Source: Glaucostegus cemiculus
Taxonomy: Eukaryota
Direction: 5' to 3'
Assembly: GCA_976551045.1 (NCBI GenBank)
Contig: CDPCPM010000026.1
Coordinates: 15,252,001-15,316,000 of the forward strand
DNA: 64,000 bases
Each line of letters begins with the position of its first letter. Position 1 is the first letter of the stretch. The notes under the pieces are model-generated. The model was not told the DNA's origin. It worked only from the letters and a program-made list of their open reading frames with translations, and ran no database searches. Of the stretch, positions 51,321 to 64,000 are shown piece by piece. The translations under genes were made by a program, and so were the position numbers.

Positions 51321-54139
51321 AGGATCAAGTCAGAATTCTTCTAGCATAACACTCAGCCTCCTACCATGAGGACTTCTCCTAGCAAGCAGAAGAGGAAGGG
51401 TGGAAACCAGGTATTGCTACAGATGCAGTAACAGCTAATGTGAGTCTTCAGCAGGATTCCAACTAAGCAGAATAAACATGATTCCAATTATACAGAATCA
51501 TAACCATGCAATGTAAAAAGAAACCATGAGAGCACAAAAAAATAAAAACAAACCAATCCATTGCACAATAAAATAGTTTCTAAAATGGATAAAATAGATA
51601 CATTGGAAAATTAAAGATTTAAACTAAGCAAAAAGGGTTAAATGCCACAGAGAAACTTTCCATGACCAAAAATTTATGTCTGTTAGCTCAAAGCTCTCAA
51701 TCAATGCTCTGAAAAACTCTGCTCAACATTCTGATGGCAATGTTCCTAAACCTATATGAGTATACATGTATCCTGAGGGATTTCAGAAAATACGGTTTTT
51801 GCAGCTTAGGCCACATACAGTTATTAGGATTGGCTCAGAAATATAATAACATTGGGAAAAAAAACAAACAGCATTGGGAAAATGTTGTCATAATACTAAA
51901 TTATTATATAAATATAAAAGGAACTATATCTGTGAAATATTTGCTTCCAGAACATCCCTAGATGATAACTTTACTGTATTGTTCTTATTCCTGAGAGATC
52001 CATAACAAAATCAGATACGTCACATCAACACATGAATCAAACAGTAAATGCATGTACATGTTAGAAGCAAAGCTATGTTCCTGGGAAAATGTACTGCAGG
52101 ATCATAGAAGTGCAGTTTTCACTCATAAGCTGTAATTGGTTGTGTAAATTGTTTTCTGGAAAATAAACATCAAAATTACATTTATTTGATGAGGTTAGCT
52201 TTTTATATTTTGTACTTGAAACATTTACTGAGAACTACTATATTTCTATTTCATGCTGTGCTGTAGCTTCTATTAGAGGTACTTGGTCAATCTACATGAT
52301 TGCTATTAAAAGCAATTAGTAACAAGTCACTATCATGTTCAAAAGCAAAATATTATTTGAAAGGAAATTGCCTGACACCATGATTAACTCTCTTTATTAT
52401 TTTGGTCTCAAATGTTTTTTTCCAAACATAAAACATTTTATTAAAAATTTTGTGTTATTTTAATATTTAGAAGACATTTTTAAGTAATCACCCACAATAA
52501 TAACATTGGATTGCAGTGTAAAATAATTCAATTAACTATGCCCTTATGTGAAACCTTTTACAAGCTATTTTGAGGAAATGTTCTTGTTAAAAGCAGATTG
52601 TTACCAAGCATTTGATATTCCAGATATTGCAATTTTCAATAACTGCAAAAAGTTGTAATTTATTTTAAGTATATTTTCAATCAATTCAAAACAAAACATA
52701 GTTTTCACATGATTTGACTAATTCACAAGGTCCTGCACATTTATGGAGATGTCTTAAATATATGTTAGCATATACAGCTATTGATGTATATGAAAGAACT
52801 AGAAAATAGTGTCTAACCTTCTATCAAAAGATGCAAGGACAATTTCTCAGAGGAGAGTGAAAATGAGAATTCTCAGAAATGCTATATGATAAATTGAATG
52901 TCAGATGCAGCAATACCATGAACAATGTGTGTATCAAATTATGATATACATCCTATATTAGAAATTTGCATACATCAGTTATCAGTATAAGAAGCTGGAG
53001 CAGGAGTAGGCCATATAACCCTAAAGCCCATCCCACCTTCAATAAAATCAGAAATGATCCAATATTTCAAGTCAATATTTCAACCCATCCCCAAATTTCT
53101 CTATTCCTTTATCATTCAAAACTCTTTCAATCTCATTTTTTAATATAATCAATGACTGAGAATCTGCAGCCCTCTGCAGTAAAGAATCCTACAGACTGAC
53201 AACCCTCTGCCCTCATCTTCCTCTTACTTAATACCTTAGCCTGAGACAATGGTGAGAATTAGAAGGCGTAGGTAATTTGCCCTTGCTTGTCAATGGCTTT
53301 TAAATCCACTCTTTACCATCTGGATAGTTGCAATTTACAGAGGAAAACCAACTGGAACCCCTGCAACAAGGTTCTGTCTGCTAAAATGCCTTTTGCAACA
53401 TAATGAGGTTGTGTCAGACACCCAAATAAATTTCAACAAAAAAATAAGCAGAGAAAGCACCTGATGCCTGGCCAAGTCACACCCACTGCCCTGATGCAGG
53501 GACTTGACCTGAAATGTCAGCAATTCCTTTCTCCACATGGATGCTGCTCAGAGTTCCTCCAGCAGTTTGTTTTTTAACTCTGGATTCCAGCATCTCATGT
53601 TTCCATTGCCTTGGTTGGAATTGTGATATCTGTCAGTCTAAATGCTTCTGGCATCCAAAAGCATCCAAAATGTAATTGATTTTAAAATCCCAAAATGAAA
53701 ACACTTAAAACATTAAAAATTTTAATTAACAAATACCTAGTCTTACAGAAGTGTTCCCTTCCATCAAAACTAATAATAAAACAAGCCTTGTACCTCGACC
53801 AATCTAGCACAAAATTTTTGTGTGGTTTGCTCTAAATGAGTGAGGAATTATCACATCCACATATTCCTATAATGCAGTGTCAAATCAAGCCTGAAGATAT
53901 CCATGTCCACACCAAAATCCCAAAGTTGTTCATAGTTAAATGGAGAAATGTCAGCAGCCGCATTGGGAAACCCTAATATTTACCCATATCTCCTGGTTCC
54001 AGATTCTTCAAACACCCACCCTGAGATCATATACCTTTCAAAAAGGTCACCCTTCATTTTTCTAAACTACAGTGAATATTGCTCCATCATGCTTCATTTC
54101 TTCTTCCAGGGTAGATTTCTTGAACAAATTACCATTTAA

Positions 54140-55625
54140 TGTCTTAGCAGGCTTAGAGGTGCCTAAATCACAAGATCACAAGACAAAGGAGCAGAAGTAG
54201 GCCATTCGGCCCATTGAGTCTGCTCCATGAGCTAAACTAATACTATTCCTATCTAGCCCCAATTTCCGTCCTTTTCCCCATATCCCTTGATACCATGGCT
54301 AATTAGATACCTATCAATCAATACCTATAAATCCTCAATATCTGATGAGATGTACCCCAGGATGCTTTGGAAGGCAAAGGGGAAGAGTGGTGCAGTTCTG
54401 ACAAAAAATTTCAGATCTTCTTTGACCATGGAAGAGGTGCCAGATGACTGGCGGTCAACAAATGTGGTACCCTTTTCAAGAAGGGCAGCAGAAATAAGCC
54501 AGATAATTATAGGCCAGTGAATGTAACGTCAGTGGAAGGCCAATTATTGGAAAAAAAATCTTATTGGAAGGACAGGATTATTTGCACTCAGAGATATTAA
54601 TTAAGATAGTCAAAATGGCTTGGTGAAGGGAGATCCTGTATGGCTAATTTGAGGTAGCTAAGTGTGTTGGTGGGGGTAGTGTGGTGGTGTAATTAGTGTT
54701 TCTGCATATTGATGTAGTCTACATGGACTTTTGTAAGGCCTTTGACAAGTTCCCACCTGACAGACTGGTACAAAAGGTAAAAACCCCAGGGATGCAGCAC
54801 AAACTGGCAAGTTGCATTCACATATTGGTTCGTGATAGGAGGCAGAAGTGATGTTAGGAGATATTTTTGCAATTGGGAGCCTGTGCCCAAATGCTAAGAA
54901 AATGTGTGTTGTTGATAGTGAAGAGGATAGTCTCCGACTGTAGAAGGATATTGATAAATTGTTAGATGGGAAGAGCAATGGCAGGTGAAATTTAATCCTT
55001 AAAAATATGAGATGATGTATTTTGGGAAGACTAATTAGGGTAGGATATACATAATGAAGTATAGGATTTGACCAAGAATCCCTGAAGACAGCAGCACAGG
55101 TAGGTAAGGTGTTTAATAAGGCATACAGGATACTTGCCTTCATTGGTCAGGGCAAAGACTAAAGCAGCAGGGAGATGATGACAACTATGTAAACCATTAG
55201 TTAGTCCACATATGGACTACCATATGCAGTTCTGGTTACCACTCTATAGGTAAGATGTAATGGCACTGGAGAGGGCATTCACTGGGATATTGCCTGGGAT
55301 GGAGTTTCTAAACGTAGTCTTGGTTTGTTTTCCTTGAATCAAAAAAGGCTGATAGGGATCAATAAGCAGACAGCATTAGTTTAAGGTAAGGGATAGGAGA
55401 TTAAGGGGGGATTTGAGGATGATTTATTTTTCCCAAAGGGTGATTGAAATCTGAAACACACTGCTTGAGGAGGTGATGGAGGGAGATACTTCATAAATGT
55501 TGTGAGAGTATTTAGATGAACATTTGAAACACCATGGCAGAGAAGGCTATGGTCATGTGCTGGAAAATAGGATTAGTACAGTCAACTATTTGATGACTAG
55601 GATGGGCATAGTAAGCTTAAGAGTG
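54140..55625 (+). mobile_element. CR1 ORF2 RT to 3' end
   Basis: DEMYPRMLW...EVPDDWRSTNVVP..NYRPV...DVVYMDFCKAFDKF...VSPHMDYHMQFWLP. Confidence 0.9.
54170..54327 (-). mobile_element. Young CR1 3' tail nested in CR1
   Basis: acaagatcacaagacaaaggagcagaagtaggccattcggccc; TAAATC on both flanks (54164-54169, 54328-54333). Confidence 0.8.
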
Positions 55626-58600
55626 ATCTTAAGTTAGAAATTACACTTGTCTGCTGTTCTTCCTACCAAAATAAACAATATCACATTTTCACATATCTTA
55701 TTCCATTTGCCAACTTAATACCCACTCATTTAACTCATCTGATATCCCTTTGCAAACTCCTAATGACCCCTCAAAGTTCCCTTTCCCACATAACTTTGTA
55801 TTAAAAGCAAGACTGGATACACTTCAAATTTTATATTCATCTAAGTCATTGGGATGGACAATGCTCATGGCTAGTCAATTATTTCACAGAGAACCAGTGC
55901 ATTGGTGCACTACTCACATAAGTACATTTCCCAACTAAAGTGCAGAGGTGCAGCATGCACTGGAGGCCTGATGCAAGTGTGTGTGACTTCTCACTCAGCT
56001 CTGAGACTTATCACTCTGAATCTAGGGGCAATTCATAACGTACAGAGTGAAGGGGAGGGATATGCTTCTAGCCCTTCAACAAGCACAAAATTCATTGAAA
56101 AGATAAACAAAGTGGCTTGTTTTTTCTTAATTTATTCTAATTTAATGTTTTAATTAACTGCATCAGTTAAATGGGTTGTCAAAATTGATTTTTTTACATT
56201 TTTATTAATATTTTTTGATAATTTATAATTTTTCCAACCGTTTCTGAATGCCTTGGATCTTCCGAACAACCACAGCAGGGTGCTGAAAGACATGCAACTG
56301 CAAATAATTAGTGCAACTACATGACTAGTGTAGGACAGGTGGTGGGAGATGGGCTGACAGTTGACACAAGTCATACCTATTGATAGTGCATACTTATTGA
56401 TATAGATTGTAAATAGCTAAAGGTCCAGCACTGATGCTTGTCATATCCACCCTCCCAGTAAAAGTACAGCAACCTGAACTTAATCCATTAATTCCCTATG
56501 TCTTCTGCTCTTTATCCTGTTTTCCAATTATGTTATCCTAAACTCCTTCCGTGAACTCTTATTTTATTTAGCTACATTTTATGCAATAGCTAATCAAATG
56601 CATTTAGAAAATCTAGATAGATTTCACATACCTTCTCATCTTTACCTACCATGCTAGTTATAATTTTGGAAATGTAGTAGATTAATTCACCTCACATAAA
56701 ACTACATTGGCTAATCACATGATAATTTTCTAGGTGTGTTACATATTAAGAATATTCATCTTAATGCATAGCATATGCACATTTCTAATTTGGTAGTAGG
56801 GAGATCATACTAACAAGAATTCCTCAATGAGGACAAGCCTAGTTAAATATATTATCACAAAAAGAAACTGCAACAAAGTTCCCTTGTAGCTTATGTTGCA
56901 AACATAACTGAATGACTTCCACAATTTTGTAAACAATTAGAAATGAGACATAGGAAAATAAGCCTCACTGTACCTACCAAGTTCTCCTTGTGGTTCTAAA
57001 TTTTAGAAACTCATGATAGGTGGAGGTGTCTGAGATGAGAGATAAATCTAATAACCCCTAAAACAGCCACTGCAATCCCAAAACATGGTTGACCTGTATC
57101 CATTCAACCCAATGCAAACAGCTCACAAAATTCATATTGCAAGCTCATCAAGATACTTATAGAATCCAGCTGTCACTAACCCTCCACTATTAACAGCATT
57201 AATGTTGGAATGGGTGATAATTCCATGCATGGCCTGCATTGGCTAAGCCAGGTCTGCATTACCTCAAGCCAGAATGAACATCTTAAAGGGGAATTACATT
57301 TTAGCTGGAGGTGATCGTGGAAGTTGAAGTGATGATTGCAATGTGCTGAAAGACACCTAGCAGAACATTGGAGAGAGCTGACCACCATCCCCCTGCTCCA
57401 CCCCCCTCATTTCCAAAGTTGTGCTGGGCTGGATGTCTTGGTAAGCAAGATGATAAAGAGGAAATATGTTCTATATTCAGAGGAAAGCACCTGCAGCCAT
57501 GCACTCAAAAAGAAATGAGAGGAAACAGCTGTGAAGGACAATATCAAGAGTGAAGCCCTGAGGACTTGGATACAATGTCACGATAAATTCAACCAGTGCA
57601 CCCACATAGATAAGGACTGTGAATGAGTCTTCAAAGTTCATATCCACCAACTCCACCACTGGTCTCAGACACAACTGCATGTGCTATACCTCAATCAGTC
57701 TTGTATCATGAGCGTCTAACAATTAGTATCCACACCCAGCTTTCATATGCTCCACCTCAGTCTTCCTTCTACATCTTAAAAGCTTTTACACACTGCAGGA
57801 TCTGCATTTGGTGGGTCACCAGGAAAGAGTGACCTGCAGCCAAGGCTAGGAAAAAGGATAACCCAGGTGCCAAAGGTTGAAGTTACAAGCTTGACCCCCT
57901 TTTGGATGTTAAAGCTGTAAGTGTTTTAAATATCTCTGAGTGTCTCTGACATTCAGGAGGAGTCCCGTAGTGGAGTGCAGATTTTCCAAGACTGACAACC
58001 TACTGAAAAGTTCAGGACTTTAAATTCCACTTAGTAGTTCCAAATTTCCCCAGGGTTAAAAACTAAAGGCTTGTACTTCTGAAGGGACCTGCTGGCTTTT
58101 AAGTAGAAGAGCTAAGCCATTGTGTTAGCTGAAGAATTTATCTCCAATATGGAAGCAATAATATCACATCAACTTTGAGTACTCATTAGTTCCATAATCT
58201 GCTGATTCACATACATCTGACAGGCATTAACACCATATTTGTTAATATCCCTGCCAATGTATTTTATGTCATGAAAATAAAAATCAGAATATTTTAGTAA
58301 CCATGTCTCCCAATGAATGGGTATGGCTGGTGCCAAGTCTTTTGTGTGTTAGTTTGAATATTTAAGCATAAAAAAATGTTATATTTGGACACAACTCCAT
58401 AATTACGCATTTCAATTTTACATTTATATTGGACAAGCCTACGAAAACTATTCAAACTTAATTTTACTCTTTTCCAGTGGAGGCAATGAATTGTCAAAAC
58501 TGAACAGACGTAATATAAAAGTGAACATTGCAATCAGAATGGAAATAGCAAAATAATTACAAAATGTGTGACTTGAAAATAGAGGCTGATTTAACAACCA

Positions 58601-58850
58601 CTTACTTTTCCATTCACAACCCTCCCCAATTATCTCTTGTTATTTAACCCCAGTCAACTATAAGTATGTACACCGCCATAAAATATTAACTTGTAGAAAT
58701 ATAAGAAACAACATAAACCAATTTTTTTCAAACCCTAACCTTTCACCTTTTGGTGTGCAATGCTAAGGAGATCTACTAATATATTACAAATGGACAAATA
58801 ACAAAATACTAAAACTGAAATAACCAACAAAGATGAAAAAGTTTTGTTTA

Positions 58851-59450
58851 GGGTAGCGCAGTGGCAAGGTTGTTAGTGCTGCTGACTCTCAGCTCTGGGG
58901 ACACAGTTCAGTCCTGAACTCAGGTGATAACATTCTCTCTGTGATCTGCAAATTCTCCCATTTCCTCCCACAGCCCAAGGACATAATGGCAGATTAATTG
59001 ACCTTTGAAAATTATGCATTCATAGTTTCATGGTAAAAGGAACCAAAGAGGAATTGATGGGCATGTATTAGAGAAATTAGGGCGGCACGATAGTGTAGCA
59101 GTTAGCGCGACGCTGTTACAGCGCCAGCAATCGGGGTTTGATTCCCGTCGCTGACTGTAAGGAGTTTGTACGTTCTCCCGAGTCTGCGTGGGTTTCCTCC
59201 AGGTGCTCCGGTTTCCTCCCACATTCTAAAAAGATGTACGGGTAGGTTAATTTGGGGGGTTTAAAATGGGCGGCGTGGACTCGTTGGGCTGAAGGGGCCT
59301 GTTACCACGCTGTAAATAAATTTTTAAAAAATTTAAAAAAAAACAAGTTGCAGAGAAATAAGAGGAGCAGAAATGGGACCAATGGAATCATTCTTTAGGA
59401 GCTGGCATAGACCCAAGGGGCCAAATGGCCTCTTTCTGGGTTATTGTAAG
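58851..59450 (+). mobile_element. Older V-type SINE, host of the 59080 SINE
   Basis: Head gggtagcgcagtggc...; tail gagctggcatagacccaaggggccaaatggcctc; similar to 31055. Confidence 0.7.
59080..59343 (+). mobile_element. Young V-domain SINE, second copy
   Basis: Aligns end to end with 26941-27180 at roughly 90% by eye, mostly CpG transitions. Confidence 0.92.
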
Positions 59451-59499
59451 TATAAGAAAACAAAAAAATTACTAATGCTGCATGCTATTCCCTTTTGTT

Positions 59500-59872
59500 A
59501 TTCATATTTCAAAATATGGACATCACTGGCAAGGCCAACATTTATAGTCTCCATCTTTAACTGCCCTTGAAGTGAGTGGCTTGCTGGGCGAATTTCACAA
59601 TGCATTTAGAGATAATCATGTAGGGTAGGTCTGGAGTCACATATAGGTGATACCTAGTAAGGCTGGCAGATGTCCTCCCCTGAGGGACATCAGGACAATC
59701 CAGTGGTTTTTGCAATAATTATTATTAAGCTGAATTGAATTTTTTCCCAAATTTCAGATTATTAACCAAATTTAGATTTCACAGTCAACATTATGGGATT
59801 CGAACTCAGGTTTCTGGATTGTTGAATCCAGGCTTCTATATAAGTTTCTGATAATTTAACTGCTGCACCATC
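59500..59872 (-). mobile_element. tRNA-derived SINE with a LINE-derived tail
   Basis: B box on the reverse strand (gggattcgaactc on +); tail catcactggcaaggccaacattt is the reverse complement of the LINE end at ~47580. Confidence 0.7.
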
Positions 59873-60439
59873 GACATAGCTGATGTATCTGCTGTAAGGT
59901 TCTGTGCCATAAAACCCATCGTCACTATACTTCTAAATGCCCTGTGGCTAAAATAATCTTGACAGTGGTTCATAGTGTTCTTTTAGTCTATATCATCTTA
60001 CTTTCTTAAATCAAGGGGTGAAATACACTACCAGTTCAAACCACAATTTGATCTTAGAAATCTGCCATCCATTGCTATTTGCTATGTCGACTGCTACCAG
60101 CAAGGACATAATGCACTTCTATGCTGAAAGTTCTGCCCTCACAATTCATTCTGTCTTTCTGTGCTACCGACAATCCTCAGATCAAATTTACTGAGAGATT
60201 GCTCCTCATCACAATGTTTCTTGCTACAATCATATATATAAATGCTCATTGCATGCTGATATACCTGCATCCTTGTATTCTACATGGAACTAAATGTATT
60301 TCTCCAAATAATGCATTGATCAATAGAATGTAAAGAATTTAATATATGGTTAGCAGCTCACTGGTGTTTAGTAAAAACCTCAACAGTCAACTCATTTTAT
60401 TTCATAAGAAATTCTGAAAACAGCATGTTGAACAGGCAT

Positions 60440-60985
60440 CAGAGCTGCAAGGAAGAACCAAATGGGATTTGCATTTGGGAACAATGAATACAAAAGCAAG
60501 GAGGTGATGATAAATCTGTACAAGATATTGAAAATTTTGTGGTTTTGGACACCCTTGATGGAAAGAATATTGCAGCCATAGAAACCATGTAATATAGTTC
60601 CACTAGAATAATATAAAAGATGAAAAGATATATAGATTCACTAAAAGAGAAAAGTTTATGTGGAGAATCTAATACAGATATTCAAAGTTCTGAGGTGGCA
60701 GACACTAAAAGTTTGGTTCATCTGGTTGATAAATTAGTAAAAAGGTGCAGATTTCAGGTTTAATATTTTAAAAACCAACAGCAAGAAAGATTAAAGGAAC
60801 ATTTTTCATACATAATGTTGTTAGTTTTCAAGATTCATTATCAGAAGCAATTATTTAGGCCAAGTTACCCTCTAACAGGGCACCACATAAACACATAAAA
60901 GAAGAGAATTATTAAAAAAGTGGGCAGACAGCAAAAAGTGAGATGAATACAGCTAACTCCAATGTGCATGATGGCTTCATGCTGA
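60440..60985 (+). mobile_element. Old CR1 fragment
   Basis: EYKSKEVMINLYKIL... Confidence 0.7.
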
Positions 60986-61099
60986 AATCTTTAGAAATTG
61001 TTTTCTGACATTGATCTCAGATTGCAAAAATACATCATAACAAAATTAGTTTTCAATATCCTAAATTTTAAAAAGTGTACCATGTTAATTTTTGAAGCA

Positions 61100-61475
61100 A
61101 TTAAACTGCAGATGCTGGAAGTCAAAACAGAAGTTGTCTGACATACTTAATGAGTCAGATAGAGTCTGTAGAGAAAGAAACAGAGTCATCTGTAGCCCTT
61201 CACCAAAAATGGAAAAATGAGAAAAGAAGCATGTCTTAAATCGTATGGGGGGAGGGGGGAGGAGAAAGAGAGAACACAGGAAATATCTGTGATAGGGTCG
61301 AGACCAAGAATGTCCAGGTAACAATTATTTTCGATGCTGGCAGTTAAAGAGAGAAAAGAAACAAAAGAACATTTTGGAACTGTCAGATACAGAGATGATC
61401 ATTGACATGACCCTGTTTCTCTCTCCACAGATGCTGTCTGTGTGTATTTCAGTTATTTTCTGTTTTTACTTCATC
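61100..61475. mobile_element. Penelope-type fragment with inverted halves
   Basis: ctgcagatgctggaa...tctgtagagaaagaaacag facing ctgtttctctctccacagatgctg. Confidence 0.65.
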
Positions 61476-61739
61476 ACACAATTTTGTTCATGTGTTAAGT
61501 AATAAAATTCTGTTACATCCAGAATTAAAGAATCATTACAGCACAGAAGGAGGGCACTCAGCACAATGAACCCATAACATCATTTTTAAGACTAATCTAG
61601 TCTGTCCTATTCTATGGCTCTTAAACTTGTTGCCATATGATGCACTGGAATAAAATACATATTTGTTAGACCGAGTTGGGTACTGTGGTTGTTGTCCTGT
61701 AGAATGGTATAAAAAGTAATAATAAAAATCAAAAATTTC

Positions 61740-62365
61740 AAAAATATTAAGTATCAGAAAATTAATTGAACCAGCTACATAAATCTTGCGGCTAAAAGAT
61801 CAAGTCAGAGGCTAGATATTCAATATTGAGTAAGTCATCTCCTGATTTCCCAAAGCTGTTCTTCACTTAAAAGGCAAATGAGAAGTATGATCCTGTGTGA
61901 ATGCTTCAACAAACTACAAGTTAAACATTGTCCAGAACAAAGTAGCCACTAGATTGGCACCATTCATCACCCCAGACATTAATTCCCTCTATTACCAGTA
62001 TACCCTGGCTATATTATAACTATATATGCACTGTGTTAACTTGTCAATACTTATTCAAAGGAACTTTCCAAATCCTCAATATCCACTACATAGAAAGGAA
62101 TAGGTACATAGGACACCAAAACCTCTAAGTATCCCTCCAGGTCAAATACCATGGTGATTTGAAAAAATCCAACCTTTCCATCACCTGACTAAATCAAACT
62201 CCTAGGCCTCCTTGCCTAACAGCACTATAGACGTAACATACACTACATGAAATACTTTGGTTCAAGATGGCAGCTCACCAGCTCTTTCTTATAAGCAATT
62301 AAGGATGGGCATGTAATGCTGAACTTGCAAGGATGCTCATATCTCACATGGAGGAATAAAAAAGT
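61740..62365 (+). mobile_element. CR1-group LINE 3' end
   Basis: LNIVQNKVATRLAP..., ggttcaagatggcagctcacc..., ends aataaaaa. Confidence 0.7.
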
Positions 62366-62479
62366 CATAATTCCTTAACTTTATTTTACTTGTAATGTGG
62401 ACTGATAACGAATAATTGCATCTATTTGCACAACAGACCTTCATAATTTTATTTTTCATCATGAATTAATGATTAGAAT

Positions 62480-63668
62480 GGAGTAGCAAGATACGTTTCC
62501 AATTTGCAGATGACAAAAATTAAGAGTTAGAGAGTGCAGGACATGATGTAGATGGAAACAGGAAATTACAAAAGGTTTGTAGGGAGTCTCCGTAGATAAA
62601 AACTGGCAGGCAGAGTTCAATGTGAGAAGTGTAAGGTCACCTGCTTTGGAAATATCTATTTTCTTAATGGTGAGAGACTAGGAGCTACATAATTAAAGGA
62701 ATTTCAGTATCATTAATAATTGGTTCACAGATTAATAAAACATATTGCCAGTGGAATTTAATACAAAGAAGGGAGGTTATAGAGGCCACTGGTGAGACTA
62801 TATCTGGAGTACAGTACTGGTCTTCTTATTTAAGGAAGAATGGTGATACAGTTCAGAGAAGTTTTACTAGGCTAATGCCTAGAATCGATCAGTTGTCGTG
62901 TGGTAAAGTTGGAAAGGCTAGGCTTAAGTTTGCTGAAGTTTAGAGAAGGGAGAGAGGGAGAGGAGACTTGATTCAAGAGGTGGTACCTCAAGAAGGTGGC
63001 ATCCATCATTAAGGACCCCCACCATCCAGGACATGCCCTCTTCTCATTACTACCATCAGGGAGGAAATATAGGAGTCTGAAGATCCACACTCAACGATTC
63101 AAGAACAACTTTTTCTCATCCATCATCAGATTTCTGAATGGTCCATGAACTCATGAATACTACTTCACTGTTCCTTTTTTTGGCACTATTTATTTATTTT
63201 ATAATTTATAGTAATTTTATGTCTTTGCACTGTACTGCTACTGCAGAAGAACAAATTTCACGTCACATAAGACAGTGATACTAAACCTGATTCTGATTCT
63301 GAAACATTCAAGATCCTGAGCGGTCTTGACAGGGTGATGAAGAAAGGTGTGCCTGGAACTAGGCATCACTGTTTAAAAGCAAACAGTTTCCCAAGTAGAA
63401 CAGAGATAAGATAAAAATTATTTTTCTTAGGGGATCATGAGTCTTTGGATCTCTTTTCCTCAAAGGATTGTGGAAGCAGAGTCTATGAATATTTTTAAGA
63501 GAGAGGTGGATAGATACTTGATAAGCAAGAGGGTAAAAAGTTACCAACGGGAGACGGGGATGCAGAGTTGAGCAAACAATCAGAGCAGCCATGATCTTAC
63601 TAAATAGTGAAGCAAGCTTGAGAGGTCAATTGGCCTAGTCCTGCTCCTACTTTGAATGTTTGTATGTA
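62480..63668 (+). mobile_element. CR1 3' fragment interrupted by Rex1
   Basis: FADDK...LVRLYLEYS...VQRSFTRLMP...; tail gcctagtcctgctcctac. Confidence 0.85.
62974..63300 (+). mobile_element. Rex1/Babar LINE 3' end
   Basis: LKKVASIIKDPHHPGHALFSLLPSGRKYRSLKIHTQRFKNNFF; tail taaacctgattctgattct. Confidence 0.9.
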
Positions 63669-63689
63669 GAATAATAGAATTAGAACTTA

Positions 63690-64000
63690 AGATTGAGGAT
63701 ATAAAATTTCAGTTACATAAAACTTTAATTAAAATTCATAGGGTTTAGTTCAGCTTTAGGCACAAAACCTGAGGAAGGTTGTACAAATTTACCTTGTATT
63801 CTTTTCTGTTTTGAAGATTACTGGGTGATCTAATCAACAGACTTGGTAAACTAAATATAGAGATACGATTTCCACTTGTATGTAAACTGACATAATGAGC
63901 CCAATATTAAAAATAAGAAGTCCACTGAGAATTAAATCAGAAATCACATTGTCAAAAAAAGGTTTAGGCAACTCCTTCTCAAAAAAGGTTATCTGAAACT
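63690..64000 (+). mobile_element. Very old CR1 fragment
   Basis: Degenerate ...GDLI...FPL...-like motifs. Confidence 0.45.

Larger units (their letters stand above)
52980..56740 (-). mobile_element. Old minus-strand CR1 split into pieces (~52980-53220, 53960-54110, 55640-55850, 56395-56740)
   Basis: Pieces are collinear with CR1 order; taagtcattg (55850) resumes as atatagattgtaaatag (56400). Confidence 0.6.

Noticed and set aside
62971-63313. ATTCAAGA as an 8-bp target duplication of the Rex1 insert
   Set aside because: Left copy overlaps Rex1's own sequence and the right copy is offset from the tail; more likely microhomology or coincidence.

Overview
AT-rich, CpG-depleted eukaryotic DNA with one assembly gap (2170-2301). 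The repeat complement points to a cartilaginous fish, probably a shark or ray (inference): CR1, L2, RTE, Tx1 and Rex1 LINE fragments, tRNA-derived V- and Deu-type SINEs, Penelope-type fragments and Harbinger remnants. I recognise no host protein-coding gene, rRNA, true tRNA or CRISPR array, so the window reads as intergenic DNA or a large intron. Most ORFs in the track are chance or transposon-derived. Best observations: (1) a 985-bp element at 20384-21368 with 32-bp terminal inverted repeats in a palindromic AT target, tiled by broken minus-strand ORFs I cannot assign; (2) several near-perfect fold-back hairpins (22191, 23302, 46174, 15765, 33744); (3) decayed minimal hammerhead cores in Penelope-type repeats; (4) both Harbinger genes as fossils, with a possible antisense exon inside the Myb gene; (5) nested insertions, candidate exons and CTCF/homeodomain motifs. 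Repeat boundaries were set by eye and are approximate. No new biological system can be proven from the sequence alone.
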